Below, one piece after another: positions 19,792 through 29,276 of a stretch of 64,000 nt of DNA; the first letter of the stretch is position 1, and each line of letters starts with the position of its first letter. The translations under genes were made by a program, and so were the position numbers. This DNA is from an uncultured Actinomycetes bacterium. Its GTDB lineage: Bacteria > Actinomycetota > UBA4738 > HRBIN12. The stretch lies in assembly GCA_963704885.1 (NCBI GenBank), contig CAVPIB010000004.1, positions 1,072,793 through 1,136,792 of the forward strand, given 5' to 3'. The notes under the pieces are model-generated. The model was not told the DNA's origin, did no database searches, and saw nothing but the letters and a program-made list of their open reading frames with translations.

Positions 19792-22520
19792 GCGCGGTGA
19801 CGCTGAACGTCAACGGTTCGCCGGTCCAGACCGAGGGGTCGGCCCGCCGCCTGAGCGATGTCTTGCGGGACGAGCTGGGGCTCACCGCCACCAAGGTGGG
19901 ATGCGACGCCGGCGACTGCGGCGCGTGCACGGTCCTGTTGGACGGCGAGCCTGTGAGCGCGTGCATGACGCCTGTCGGGCGCATGGAGGGCCGCCGTGTG
20001 GAAACGCTCGAGGGGCTCGATTCCAGCGGAGAGGCACTCGCACTTCAAGCGACGTTCCTGGCGCACGGTGCCGCGCAATGCGGCATCTGCACGCCGGGCA
20101 TGCTGGTCGCGGCGACCGCGCTCCTGCGGGCGACGCCGGCGCCCACCGAGCCACAGGTGATGGACGCCCTGGGAGGAGTGCTCTGTCGCTGCACCGGCTA
20201 CCGCAAGATCATCTCGGCAGTGATGGATGCGCATGCGGCTGAGGAGGTCGAACCGCCGCCTCCCGTTGGCAAGGCGGTCGGTCATCGCGTGCGTCGCGTC
20301 GACGGCGAACGCAAAGTGAACGGCACCGACGTGTTCGGATCCGACCAAGCGCCCGACGGGGCGCTCGTCATCCGGATCGTGCGATCGCCGCACCACAGGG
20401 CTCGATTCGAGCTGGGCGACCTGGCCGGATACGTCGCCGCCACGCCGGGAGTGGTCGCGGTGATGACCGCTGCCGACATAGACGGCCTCAACCGCTTCGG
20501 CGTCATCCCCGCCACTGCCGACCAGCCGGTCTTCGCTGAGGAGGAGGTGCGGTTCCGCGGCGAGGCCGTCGCGATGATCGTCGGCGAGCCCTCGCCTATG
20601 ACTGCGCTGGACCTGTCGTCTTTCCCAGTTACGTGGGAGGAGCTGCCGCCGGTCATGTCGATGGACGACGCGCAGGCTCCAGACGCGCCTCGCATCCACC
20701 GATCGCGCGAGGGCAACGTCCTGATCCGAGGCAACGTGCGCCGCGGCGACCTGGACCAGGCGTTCGCGGCGGCCGAGGTAACGGTCGAGGGCGTCTTCCA
20801 GACCGGCTCCATCGAACACGCCTACATCGAGCCTGAGGCCGGCTACGCCGAACGCGTCGGCGACCGGGTGGAGGTGCAGGTGACGACGCAGTCCCCGCAC
20901 ATGGACCGCATGGAGCTGGAGGCGATCCTTGGTCTGCCCGAGGGAGCGGTCAGGATCAAACCGACCGCGGTCGGCGGCGGGTTCGGAAGCAAGCTCGATC
21001 TGTCGGTACAGCCCTACCTGGCACTCGCCGCGTGGAAGCTCGACCGGCCGGTTCGCCTCACGTACACCAGGCCCGAGTCGATGATGTCCACGACGAAACG
21101 CCATCCCTCAACGCTCCGTGCGCGGATCGGCGCAACAAGCGACGGCCGCCTGACCGCCATGGACTTCACCGGGGAGTTCAACACCGGTGCCTACGCCTCG
21201 TGGGGACCGACCGTCGCGAACCGGGTCCCGGTCCACGCGGGCGGGCCCTACATCTACGACGCGTACCGCGCGCGCACCGTGGCTGTGCACACGAACGCTC
21301 CGCCCTCGGGTGCGTTCCGCGGATTCGGCGTTCCGCAGTCCACGATCGCGCAGGAGTGCCTGTTCGACGAGCTCGCGGACGCCGTGGGGATGGATCGGCT
21401 CGAGTTCCGGTACGTGAACGCGCTCACGACTGGCGTGCCGACGGTCACCGGCCAGGTATTCCCATCGGGCGTCGGGTATCGCGATTGCCTAGAGGCGCTC
21501 CGGCCTCACTGGAAGCGTGCACGGACCGAGGCGGCAGCGGCGAACTCCGACGGAGGCTCGACCCGCAGCGGGGTCGGCCTCGCAGGCATGTGGTACGGCT
21601 GTGGCAACACGGCTATGCCGAATCCCTCGACGATCAAGGTCGGGCTCCACCGCGACGGCTTCATCGCGCTCTATCAGGGAGCGGTCGACATGGGACAGGG
21701 CGCCAACACCGTGATGACCCAGATCTGCGCCGACGCCTTGGGCGTGGACCTGTCGTGCATCGTGACGCTCGGTGCCGACACCGACACCACGCCCGATGCC
21801 GGCAAGAGCTCCGCGTCGCGACAGACATTCATCTCGGGGAACGCGACCTTCCTGGCGGCGACGGCGCTCCGCGCGCGGCTCCTTCTGATGTGCGGCGCGT
21901 CGGATGAGGCCTACCTCGAGTTCGACGGTCGACACCTGGTGGTCCACGATCAGGGTGCGACGACGGTTCTGGACCTTCGCGCCTTAGATGCCGACGCGGG
22001 TGGCCTGGTCGCGGCCGACACCGAGACCTACGACCCGCCGACGACGGCGCTTGATGAGGACGGCCAGGGTGAGCCTTACGCGCAGTTCGGGTTCGGGGCA
22101 CACATGGCCGAACTGCAGATCGACCTCGAGCTCGGCACGGTCCACCTCCGCCGGATCACGGCCGCGCACGACGTCGGGCGCGCCGTGAACCCCACGTTGG
22201 TCGAGGGCCAGATCGAGGGCGGCGTCGCCCAGGGGATCGGCATGGCGTTGATGGAGGAGTACATCCCAGGGCGGAACGAGAACCTGCACGACTACCTGAT
22301 CCCCACGATCGGCGACGTGCCGGAGGTCGTGAGCATCCTGGTGGAATCGGGTGATCCCGCCGGCCCTTACGGGGCGAAGGGGATCGGCGAGCACTCGCTG
22401 ATCCCTACCGCTCCGGCCATCCTGAACGCGATCCGCGACGCGGTCGGTGCGGGCATCCGCCATCTGCCCGCTACCCCCGAACGCGTGCTCGCCGCGATCG
22501 CGGAGGGAGCCGCGCGGTGA
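19788..22520 (+). CDS. Fused 2x[2Fe-2S] + molybdopterin subunit, xanthine/nicotinate dehydrogenase family
   Basis: KVGCDAGDCGACTV, QCGICTPG, CRCTGY, GGGFGSK, AFRGFGVPQ, SSASRQT, GAKGIGE; GTG 19788 overlaps upstream stop. Confidence 0.92.
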   Translation: MSAVTLNVNGSPVQTEGSARRLSDVLRDELGLTATKVGCDAGDCGACTVLLDGEPVSACMTPVGRMEGRRVETLEGLDSSGEALALQATFLAHGAAQCGICTPGMLVAATALLRATPAPTEPQVMDALGGVLCRCTGYRKIISAVMDAHAAEEVEPPPPVGKAVGHRVRRVDGERKVNGTDVFGSDQAPDGALVIRIVRSPHHRARFELGDLAGYVAATPGVVAVMTAADIDGLNRFGVIPATADQPVFAEEEVRFRGEAVAMIVGEPSPMTALDLSSFPVTWEELPPVMSMDDAQAPDAPRIHRSREGNVLIRGNVRRGDLDQAFAAAEVTVEGVFQTGSIEHAYIEPEAGYAERVGDRVEVQVTTQSPHMDRMELEAILGLPEGAVRIKPTAVGGGFGSKLDLSVQPYLALAAWKLDRPVRLTYTRPESMMSTTKRHPSTLRARIGATSDGRLTAMDFTGEFNTGAYASWGPTVANRVPVHAGGPYIYDAYRARTVAVHTNAPPSGAFRGFGVPQSTIAQECLFDELADAVGMDRLEFRYVNALTTGVPTVTGQVFPSGVGYRDCLEALRPHWKRARTEAAAANSDGGSTRSGVGLAGMWYGCGNTAMPNPSTIKVGLHRDGFIALYQGAVDMGQGANTVMTQICADALGVDLSCIVTLGADTDTTPDAGKSSASRQTFISGNATFLAATALRARLLLMCGASDEAYLEFDGRHLVVHDQGATTVLDLRALDADAGGLVAADTETYDPPTTALDEDGQGEPYAQFGFGAHMAELQIDLELGTVHLRRITAAHDVGRAVNPTLVEGQIEGGVAQGIGMALMEEYIPGRNENLHDYLIPTIGDVPEVVSILVESGDPAGPYGAKGIGEHSLIPTAPAILNAIRDAVGAGIRHLPATPERVLAAIAEGAAR

Positions 22521-23932
22521 CCGAGGCCGCGACCGACACCGTCGTCTGCGACGCCTGCCCCATCCGGTGCGTGATCAAGCCGGGGCGGACCGGTGCGTGC
22601 GACCGTTACGGCAACGTTGACGGCGTGCTCGCGCGCATGGATCCGCTCCTGGTGCTGGAGCGCACCCAAGAGCAAGGCGGCGCGCTGGTCCCGTTCGCGT
22701 CGCGGCTGGGCGATTGGGAGGGCGAGCTGGTCCCGACCGGGGAGGTGTTCCTGACCGGGGCCGGTTCCGGCACGACGTATCCCGACTACAAGCCCGCGCC
22801 GTTCATCGTGTCGTCGAAGATCGCGGGTGTCGACATGGTGACGGTGGTGACCGAGGCGATATTCAGCTACTGCGGCGTGGACTTGAAGATCGACACGGAT
22901 CGTCATGTGGGCGCCGAACGGCAGATCGTGCGTGCCCGCGGCGAGGCCGTGGGACATGTCACCACCGGTCAGTACGGATCCCAGATGCTCTCGCTGGGCG
23001 GGGTGAACCATCTGACCGGCGGCTCTAAGCGCGAGGGCGTGGTGACGATGGAGACGCTGCTGGCGCTCTGCAGCGGTGAGGCGGTCGAGTTGTCCGTGGA
23101 CGAAGGCTCGGAGCTGATCCTTCAGGCCGGGAAGCCGCCGGTGATCAACGGCGTCGTCGAGGAACGGATGCGCGTGGGTTGCGGGTCCGCCACCATCGGC
23201 ATGTTCGCGCAGCAGTGGTACGAACACGTCGACGAGGTCGTGGTGGTCGACGATCACATCACCGGTGTGCTCTCCGAGCACCAGGCGGGCAGGTATCTGG
23301 ACATCCCGGCGACCGGTATCAAGGTCAAGGGCCGTCGATCGACACCCGGTCGGTACTTCAACGTCGCGAAGCCCGGGACCGGGTGGGGCGGAACCGACAT
23401 CGAGGACCCCCTCACGATCCTCGATGCGTTCGACCCGAAGGTGGCGAAGCCCGGCCTCACGTTGCTGATGATCGGCACGACCGGCGAGCATCACGCGTAC
23501 TTCGTGCTCGATGACGAACTCCGCCCCATGCCGGCTCCGCTCCCCGACGACCTGCGCCTGTCCGTCGAACGGATCCGCGAGAATTGCGAGCCGGCCATGA
23601 CCTCGGTCCTGTTCATGGCGGGAGCGGGCGGGTCGCTCCGCGCGGGGGCCACGGTGAATCCCGTAGCGCTCACCCGTTCGGTCAATCAGACCCTCACCAG
23701 GGTCACGTGCGGCGGCGCGCCCGTCTACGTCTGGCCCGGCGGCGGCATCACGTTCATGGTGGACGTCACGCTCGTCCCGCCGGGCGCGTTCGGATACGTG
23801 CCCACTCCCGCCCTGGTCGCGCCACTCGAGTTCACGATGCGTCAAGACGATTACGCAGCGCTCGGCGGTCACATGGAGGCGATCGTTCCCATGGAGGAGG
23901 TGCTCGCACGCCCCGACGTGCGCCATCTATGA
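22517..23932 (+). CDS. hnr: 6-hydroxynicotinate reductase
   Basis: CDACPIRC..GACDRY, GTTYPDYKPAPFIV, MRVGCGSATIGMFA, DDHITG, AGAGGSLRAG, VWPGGGI; lies between Mo-hydroxylase and enamidase. Confidence 0.85.
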   Translation: MTEAATDTVVCDACPIRCVIKPGRTGACDRYGNVDGVLARMDPLLVLERTQEQGGALVPFASRLGDWEGELVPTGEVFLTGAGSGTTYPDYKPAPFIVSSKIAGVDMVTVVTEAIFSYCGVDLKIDTDRHVGAERQIVRARGEAVGHVTTGQYGSQMLSLGGVNHLTGGSKREGVVTMETLLALCSGEAVELSVDEGSELILQAGKPPVINGVVEERMRVGCGSATIGMFAQQWYEHVDEVVVVDDHITGVLSEHQAGRYLDIPATGIKVKGRRSTPGRYFNVAKPGTGWGGTDIEDPLTILDAFDPKVAKPGLTLLMIGTTGEHHAYFVLDDELRPMPAPLPDDLRLSVERIRENCEPAMTSVLFMAGAGGSLRAGATVNPVALTRSVNQTLTRVTCGGAPVYVWPGGGITFMVDVTLVPPGAFGYVPTPALVAPLEFTMRQDDYAALGGHMEAIVPMEEVLARPDVRHL

Positions 23933-24792
23933 CCGGGCCGGTCGCGGCGATGACGACGGACGGTTCGCGGCTGCATCTGCAGCACGGACCGATCGATCTG
24001 ATCATCGAGGGTTGGGGCTCACCCGAGGAGGTCGCGGCCGCGTACCGGCGGGCGTGGGAGCGGTTCCAACCGCTGCTGGATGAGCTTGTCGCGGAGCTGC
24101 CGTTGCTCCGGCGGCCGCTGGACCCCGCACTCGGCGATCCTTCGGGTTCGGTCGCCCGGCGGATGGCTGACGCCGTCCGCCCGTTCGCCGATCGCTTCAT
24201 CACCCCGATGGCCGCGGTGGCCGGCGCCGTCGCCGACGAGATCTGCGCGGAGATGGTGTCGGGCGGCGGCCTGCGCCGCGCGTACGTGAACGACGGCGGA
24301 GATATCGCGCTCCATCTCTCACCGGGCGAGACCTTCGACGTCGGGCTCGTGCCCGTGCCGAACCGGCCGGCACTGCTCGGGAAGATGACCGTTCACGCGG
24401 ATGAGCCGATCCGCGGCGTGGCCACCAGCGGACGACACGGGCGGAGCTTCTCGCTCGGGATCGCGGACGCGGTGACGGTGCTGGCCGACTCGGCGGCCCG
24501 AGCCGACGCGGCGGCCACCCTGATCGCCAACGCCGTGAACCTCGCGGACCACCAGGCGATCCGGCGCGTCCCCGCGTCCGAGCTGCAGCCAGACACCGAC
24601 CTCGGGACCCAACTCGTGACGACCGAGGTCGGCGTTCTCACCTCCGACGAGATCGAACGGGCGCTCTCCCCCGGCGTGGCCGAAGCCGAACGCATGCGAT
24701 CCGATGGGGTGATCGGTGCCGCGGTGCTGTGCCTGAACGATCGGGTCGCGACGGTCGCGACACCCGTGCTAGCGTCGGCGATCGGAGGCTAG
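23929..24792 (+). CDS. UPF0280 (ApbE-like) family protein
   Basis: LHLQHGPIDL, TPMAAVAGAVAD, VNDGGDIA, GVATSGRHGRSFSLGIADAVTV. Confidence 0.88.
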   Translation: MTGPVAAMTTDGSRLHLQHGPIDLIIEGWGSPEEVAAAYRRAWERFQPLLDELVAELPLLRRPLDPALGDPSGSVARRMADAVRPFADRFITPMAAVAGAVADEICAEMVSGGGLRRAYVNDGGDIALHLSPGETFDVGLVPVPNRPALLGKMTVHADEPIRGVATSGRHGRSFSLGIADAVTVLADSAARADAAATLIANAVNLADHQAIRRVPASELQPDTDLGTQLVTTEVGVLTSDEIERALSPGVAEAERMRSDGVIGAAVLCLNDRVATVATPVLASAIGG

Positions 24793-25365
24793 ATGGACAT
24801 CCGGAAGATCGTCTCGATCGTCGAAGACGTTCGTATCGAGGCCGCGCGGCCGGTCGACCCGCCGATCAGGCGAGTCGTGACCGCCGCCGTGCTCCATAAC
24901 CCGTTCGCCGGCCGCTACGAGCAGGACCTGAGCGAGCTGATCGCCCGGAGCATCGAGCTCTCGGGGACGCTATCCGCGATCGCGGTCGAGCACCTGGGAG
25001 GCAACCCGGTCCACAGCTACGGCAAGGGCGGCATCGTCGGGACCAAGGGTGAGCTGGAGCACGTCGCCGCCATGCTCCATCCGGAGTTCGGCGCGCCGCT
25101 GCGCGAGGCGTGCGGTGGCGGGAAGGCCATCATCCCTTCGGCTAAGAAGCGCGGCGGCCCGGGCGTCACGCTGGACGTCCCGCTCCACTACAAGGACGCC
25201 GCGTTCGTCCGCAGCCACTTCGATGCGGTGGAGCTCCGGATCGTGGATGCGCCCGACGACGACGAGATGGTGATCGCCGTCGCGGTCACGGATGGCGGCC
25301 GCCCGCTTCCGCGTGTCGGAGGGCTGAAGGTGTCGGAGATCGTGGGAGAAGACGGTCTCCGGTGA
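24793..25365 (+). CDS. DUF1185 ('amino acid synthesis') family protein
   Basis: NPFAGRY, SYGKGGIVGTKGELEH, FVRSHFD, GGRPLPRVGGL. Confidence 0.88.
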   Translation: MDIRKIVSIVEDVRIEAARPVDPPIRRVVTAAVLHNPFAGRYEQDLSELIARSIELSGTLSAIAVEHLGGNPVHSYGKGGIVGTKGELEHVAAMLHPEFGAPLREACGGGKAIIPSAKKRGGPGVTLDVPLHYKDAAFVRSHFDAVELRIVDAPDDDEMVIAVAVTDGGRPLPRVGGLKVSEIVGEDGLR

Positions 25366-26525
25366 GCGACCTGGTCATCCGCAACATCGGCACGATCGTG
25401 ACCGGTGACGTCGACGCGCCGATCGCAGATGGAGACACGATCGTCGTGAGAGATGGCGTGATCGCGGCGGTCGGTGACTCGTCGAGCGCCGACGCGGACG
25501 GCATCTCCGCCGCGATCGACGCCGCCGGCGCGACCGTGACGCCTGGGTTCTGCGACAACCACACGCACCCAGTGATCGGCGACTTCACGCCGCGCCAGCT
25601 CCAGGTCGACTTCATCGATTCGTACCTGCACGGGGGGACGACGACGATGATCTCGGCCGGTGAGCCTCACACGCCCGGTCGTCCGACCGATCCCGCAGGC
25701 GTGAAGGCGCTCGCGATCCTTGGGCACAAGTCATTCGCGAACCTACGCCCCTCGGGCGTCAAGGTGCATGCGGGAGCTGTGTTGCTGGAACCCGGCCTCA
25801 CCGAAGCCGACTTCCAGGAGATGGCGGCGGCCGGGGTCGATCTGGTCGGTGAGATCGGGATCTCGGGCGTGAAGGACGCCGCCGCTGCCGCGGAGATGAC
25901 GCGCTGGGCGCAGGCGCTCGGGATGCGCGTGATGGTTCACACCGGTGGAGCGTCGATCCCCGGGAGCGGGATCGTCGGTGCGGACTTCGTGGTGCAGGTA
26001 CAGCCCGACGTGGCCGGTCACGTGAACGGAGGCCCGACGGCGCTCCCGCTAGATCATGTGGAGCGGATCTTGGAAGAAACGTCGGCCCGGGTCGAGATCG
26101 TGCACAACGGGAACGTGAAGGCGGCGGGCGAGGTCGCTGCGCTGGTCGCGCGCAGGGGAGAGCTCCGCCGTCTGGTGATCGGGACCGACAGCCCCGCGGG
26201 ATCGGGTGTGCAGCCCCTCGGCATGCTGCGGACGGTGTCGTGGGTGGCCTCGCTGGGCGAGATCGACGCTTCACTCGCGGTCGCCGCCGCCACTGGGAAC
26301 GTCGCGGCTCTGCACGGCCTGAACACAGGGGTGATCGCGGTCGGTCGCGAGGCCGACCTGCTCGTCGTGGACGCACCCCTTGGATCGCAAGCCGCCGATG
26401 CGCTCGGCGCGCTCGCGATAGGCGACACGCTCGCCGTGGCCACGGCGATCATCGACGGGAAGCCGCGCTTCACGAAGAGCCGGAACACGCCACCTGCCGT
26501 GCGTCCGGTGTCGTTCTCGAGTTAG
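25362..26525 (+). CDS. ena: Enamidase (amidohydrolase superfamily)
   Basis: DNHTHPVIGDFTPRQ, ISAGEPHTPGRP, HTGGASIPGS, HVNGGPT, HNGN, GTDSPAGSGVQPLG, SRNTPP. Confidence 0.85.
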   Translation: MSDLVIRNIGTIVTGDVDAPIADGDTIVVRDGVIAAVGDSSSADADGISAAIDAAGATVTPGFCDNHTHPVIGDFTPRQLQVDFIDSYLHGGTTTMISAGEPHTPGRPTDPAGVKALAILGHKSFANLRPSGVKVHAGAVLLEPGLTEADFQEMAAAGVDLVGEIGISGVKDAAAAAEMTRWAQALGMRVMVHTGGASIPGSGIVGADFVVQVQPDVAGHVNGGPTALPLDHVERILEETSARVEIVHNGNVKAAGEVAALVARRGELRRLVIGTDSPAGSGVQPLGMLRTVSWVASLGEIDASLAVAAATGNVAALHGLNTGVIAVGREADLLVVDAPLGSQAADALGALAIGDTLAVATAIIDGKPRFTKSRNTPPAVRPVSFSS

Positions 26526-27121
26526 CCGGCAGGCCGTAGCGTCGCGCCCGCGGCCCCCATCTGGGCGAGCGCGGCGTCTCCGTCGCCCGGCCTGAGGTCG
26601 ACCGCCCGCACGGCGTCGGTGAGCAGGGTGACCGAGAACCCCTCGGTGAGTCCGTCGAGCACGGTCGACTTCACGCAGTAGTCGGTGGCGAGTCCGGTCA
26701 CGACGAGCGTGGTGACGCCCGCGTTCCGCAGCAGCTTCGCGAGCTCCGTCGGCTCGGTTCGATCGGTCGACGGGTCGCGGGTCGAGAACCCCGAGTAGCC
26801 GTCCTGCCCGTCGACGCCCTTGCGGACGATCGGGCCGGACACGATCAGGTCGGGGTGGAACTCCGCGCCCCACGAGTCGCCGACGCAATGCACGGGCCAG
26901 ATGCCGCCGTCCTTGGCGAAGTGCGGGGTCGACGCCGGGTGCCAGTCTGCGGTGTAGAAGACGTGGGCGCCGCTCTGCCGCGCCTCCGCGATCTGCGCGT
27001 TGATGAGCGGGACCACGGCCTCGCCCCCGCTCACGTACAGGTTGCCGCCGGCGTCGGCGAAATCGTTCTGCACGTCGACCACGATGAGCGCGGTCTGCGG
27101 GTCGTAAGGGATGCTATCCAT
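26522..27121 (-). CDS. pncA: Nicotinamidase/pyrazinamidase
   Basis: VDVQNDF, DWHP..TPHF, WPVHC, KG...DGYSGF, GLATDYCV. Confidence 0.9.
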   Translation of the reverse strand: MDSIPYDPQTALIVVDVQNDFADAGGNLYVSGGEAVVPLINAQIAEARQSGAHVFYTADWHPASTPHFAKDGGIWPVHCVGDSWGAEFHPDLIVSGPIVRKGVDGQDGYSGFSTRDPSTDRTEPTELAKLLRNAGVTTLVVTGLATDYCVKSTVLDGLTEGFSVTLLTDAVRAVDLRPGDGDAALAQMGAAGATLRPAG

Positions 27122-27160
27122 GACCGGACCGATGATACCCAGGGTGGATGGAGGGAAGCC

Positions 27161-27556
27161 ATGGACGTAGCGCGAGCGATCGACGGAAGTTTCGAACGGG
27201 GAGACGAGGGCCGGTTCACCGGTGAGGTATGGCTGCGATCGGCGCTAGGCGACGGCGCGACGTCTATCGCGGTGGTTCACTTCTCTCCCGATGCGCGCAC
27301 GAGATGGCACCGTCATGCGACGGGGCAGTTCCTTTACGCGATCAGCGGCCGCGGTCGCGTGCGCACGCGCGGCGAGGCCGGCCATGCGCTCGAACCCGGT
27401 GACGTGATCCACGTGGGACCCGACGAGTGGCACTTCCACGGCGGATCGCGCGGCGCACCCATGGTGCACGTGGCGGTCTCGGGCGGAACCGTCGAATGGG
27501 GCGAGCCCGTGAACGATGAGGAGTTCGACCAAGGGTTCGCCGACCACCCCAGGTGA
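27161..27556 (+). CDS. Cupin domain protein
   Basis: ARTRWHRHATGQ, PGDVI...EWHFHG, MVHVA; GGAGG upstream. Confidence 0.85.
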   Translation: MDVARAIDGSFERGDEGRFTGEVWLRSALGDGATSIAVVHFSPDARTRWHRHATGQFLYAISGRGRVRTRGEAGHALEPGDVIHVGPDEWHFHGGSRGAPMVHVAVSGGTVEWGEPVNDEEFDQGFADHPR

Positions 27557-27686
27557 TCGCGCGCCTCTCGCGCGAAGACGAAGAAGAAGGATGTGACCAA
27601 CCACGCGACACGGCCCTGCCGGTGCGGGTCTTGTGGACCGGGGCCGTGACGCGCGGCCGGGATACGGTTGCGTAAGGAGGTCCCCG

Positions 27687-28358
27687 ATGCACCGGCGAAC
27701 CTTCCTGGCGACCGCCACACTGGCCGCGCTAGGCGCGTGCACGAACGAGCCCGGCGCTATCGCAGCGCTCACCTCCGGCCGAAAGACGGTCCTGCCATCG
27801 GCCGAACGTGAGAGGCGCGCAGGTCTCGACGACGTCCTGGCTCGAAGGCGATCGATCCGCTCCTTCACGGACGAACCCGTAGATGCGGGAACGATCTCGC
27901 AGCTCCTTTGGGCGGCGCAAGGCGTCACGGCACCTTGGGGCGGGCGGACCGCTCCCTCGGCCGGCGCCCTGTACCCGATCGAGATCTACGTGGCGACGGC
28001 GGACGTCCTGTTCCGATACGTGCCCGACGAGCATCGCGCGGTGGAGCTAACCCCCGAGGACCGGCGCGCGCGGATCGCAGCGGCGGCCGGCGAGCAGGAG
28101 GCGGCCGTGAACGCACCGACGTTGTTCGTGATCACAGGAGTCGTTGAACGAACGGCCGCGAAGTACGGCGAGCGAGCCGAGCGGTACGTGCAGCTGGAGG
28201 CGGGACACGTCTGTCAGAACCTCCTACTCGAGGCGACCTCGCTGGGCCTCGCTGCCGTGCCGATGGGGGCCTTCTCGGACGAGCTGCTGCGTGTCGCCCT
28301 AGGCGTGGGCGACCACGAGCTACCCCTCTACATCGTGCCCGTCGGGCACCCGTCATGA
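27687..28358 (+). CDS. SagB/ThcOx-like nitroreductase-family protein with Tat lipoprotein signal
   Basis: RRTFL + LGAC; RRSIRSF, LLWAAQG, RTAPSAGALYP, LEAGHVCQN; AAGGAGG RBS. Confidence 0.88.
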   Translation: MHRRTFLATATLAALGACTNEPGAIAALTSGRKTVLPSAERERRAGLDDVLARRRSIRSFTDEPVDAGTISQLLWAAQGVTAPWGGRTAPSAGALYPIEIYVATADVLFRYVPDEHRAVELTPEDRRARIAAAAGEQEAAVNAPTLFVITGVVERTAAKYGERAERYVQLEAGHVCQNLLLEATSLGLAAVPMGAFSDELLRVALGVGDHELPLYIVPVGHPS

Positions 28359-28380
28359 GGTGACGCACAGACCTCGGCGA

Positions 28381-29211
28381 CTAGTTCGGCGGCGCCAGGC
28401 GCGTCTTCAACGCCGAGACGTCCAGATCCGTTCGAGGGTATCGCGGGTCCATACGCTCGAGCGTCTCGACGAGGATCCTTCCGATCGCCCAGTTCCGGTA
28501 CCACTTGCGGTCGGCAGGGATCACGTACCACGGAGCCACATCGGCTGCGCACCGAGCGATCGCGTCGTTGTAGGCGGCCATGTAGTCCCGCCAGAGCGCG
28601 CGCTCGTCTATGTCGCTCTCGCGAAACTTCCAGTGTTTGGAGGGGTCGTCAAGGCGCGCCAGCAGTCGTTCGCGTTGCTCGTCGTAGGAGATGTGCAGGA
28701 AGCACTTCACGATCGTCGTGCCGGCTTCGGCCACCCGGCGTTCGAAGTCGTTGATCTGCTCGTAGCGCGCCCTCCACACGGGCTCGTCCACCAACCCGTG
28801 CACCCGCACGACCAGTACGTCCTCGTAGTGCGACCGGTCGAACACGACGACCTGGCCGGGTCCCGGCAGGTGCTTCTCGATCCGCCACAGGAAGTCGTGC
28901 GCCAGCTCCTCATCGGTCGGCTTCTTGAAGGCGGCCACGTCGACCCAGGCCGGGTTCATCGAGGAGAGCACGTGAGCGACGGTGCCGCCCTTGCCGCTGG
29001 TGTCCATCCCCTGCAGCACCAGCAGCATCGAGCGGGTTCCCTCGGCCCAGAGCTTCTCCTGCAGTTCGTCCAGCTTCTCCGCCAGCTCGGGGAGCTCAGC
29101 TTCGGCGTCCTCACGGTCCTTCACGCCGGGGGTGGCGTTCGTCTCGACGCTCGATGCCGGCGCGGCCGCCGGCGCGGTCAAGCGCTCGGTGAGCGAAGGC
29201 GCTTTCGGCAT
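28381..29211 (-). CDS. ppk2: Polyphosphate kinase 2 family
   Basis: LQGMDTSGKGG, FKKPTDEELAHDFLWR, FDRSHYEDVL, WYVIPADRKWYR. Confidence 0.92.
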   Translation of the reverse strand: MPKAPSLTERLTAPAAAPASSVETNATPGVKDREDAEAELPELAEKLDELQEKLWAEGTRSMLLVLQGMDTSGKGGTVAHVLSSMNPAWVDVAAFKKPTDEELAHDFLWRIEKHLPGPGQVVVFDRSHYEDVLVVRVHGLVDEPVWRARYEQINDFERRVAEAGTTIVKCFLHISYDEQRERLLARLDDPSKHWKFRESDIDERALWRDYMAAYNDAIARCAADVAPWYVIPADRKWYRNWAIGRILVETLERMDPRYPRTDLDVSALKTRLAPPN

Positions 29212-29276
29212 GGCGAGCACGCTAACAGGACGCCCGTCCACCGGCCGACCCCTGCCGTCTGTGAGCCCTTCGCGGT

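Noticed and set aside
22367-23926. Long antisense ORFs (e.g. 519 aa here, 33331-34752, 39806-41383)
   Set aside because: Shadow ORFs of well-supported genes, with no motifs.
27604-27653. Stem-loop upstream of the nitroreductase (CACGGCCC/GGGCCGTG)
   Set aside because: Short GC-rich stem plausible by chance; no recognisable riboswitch core.
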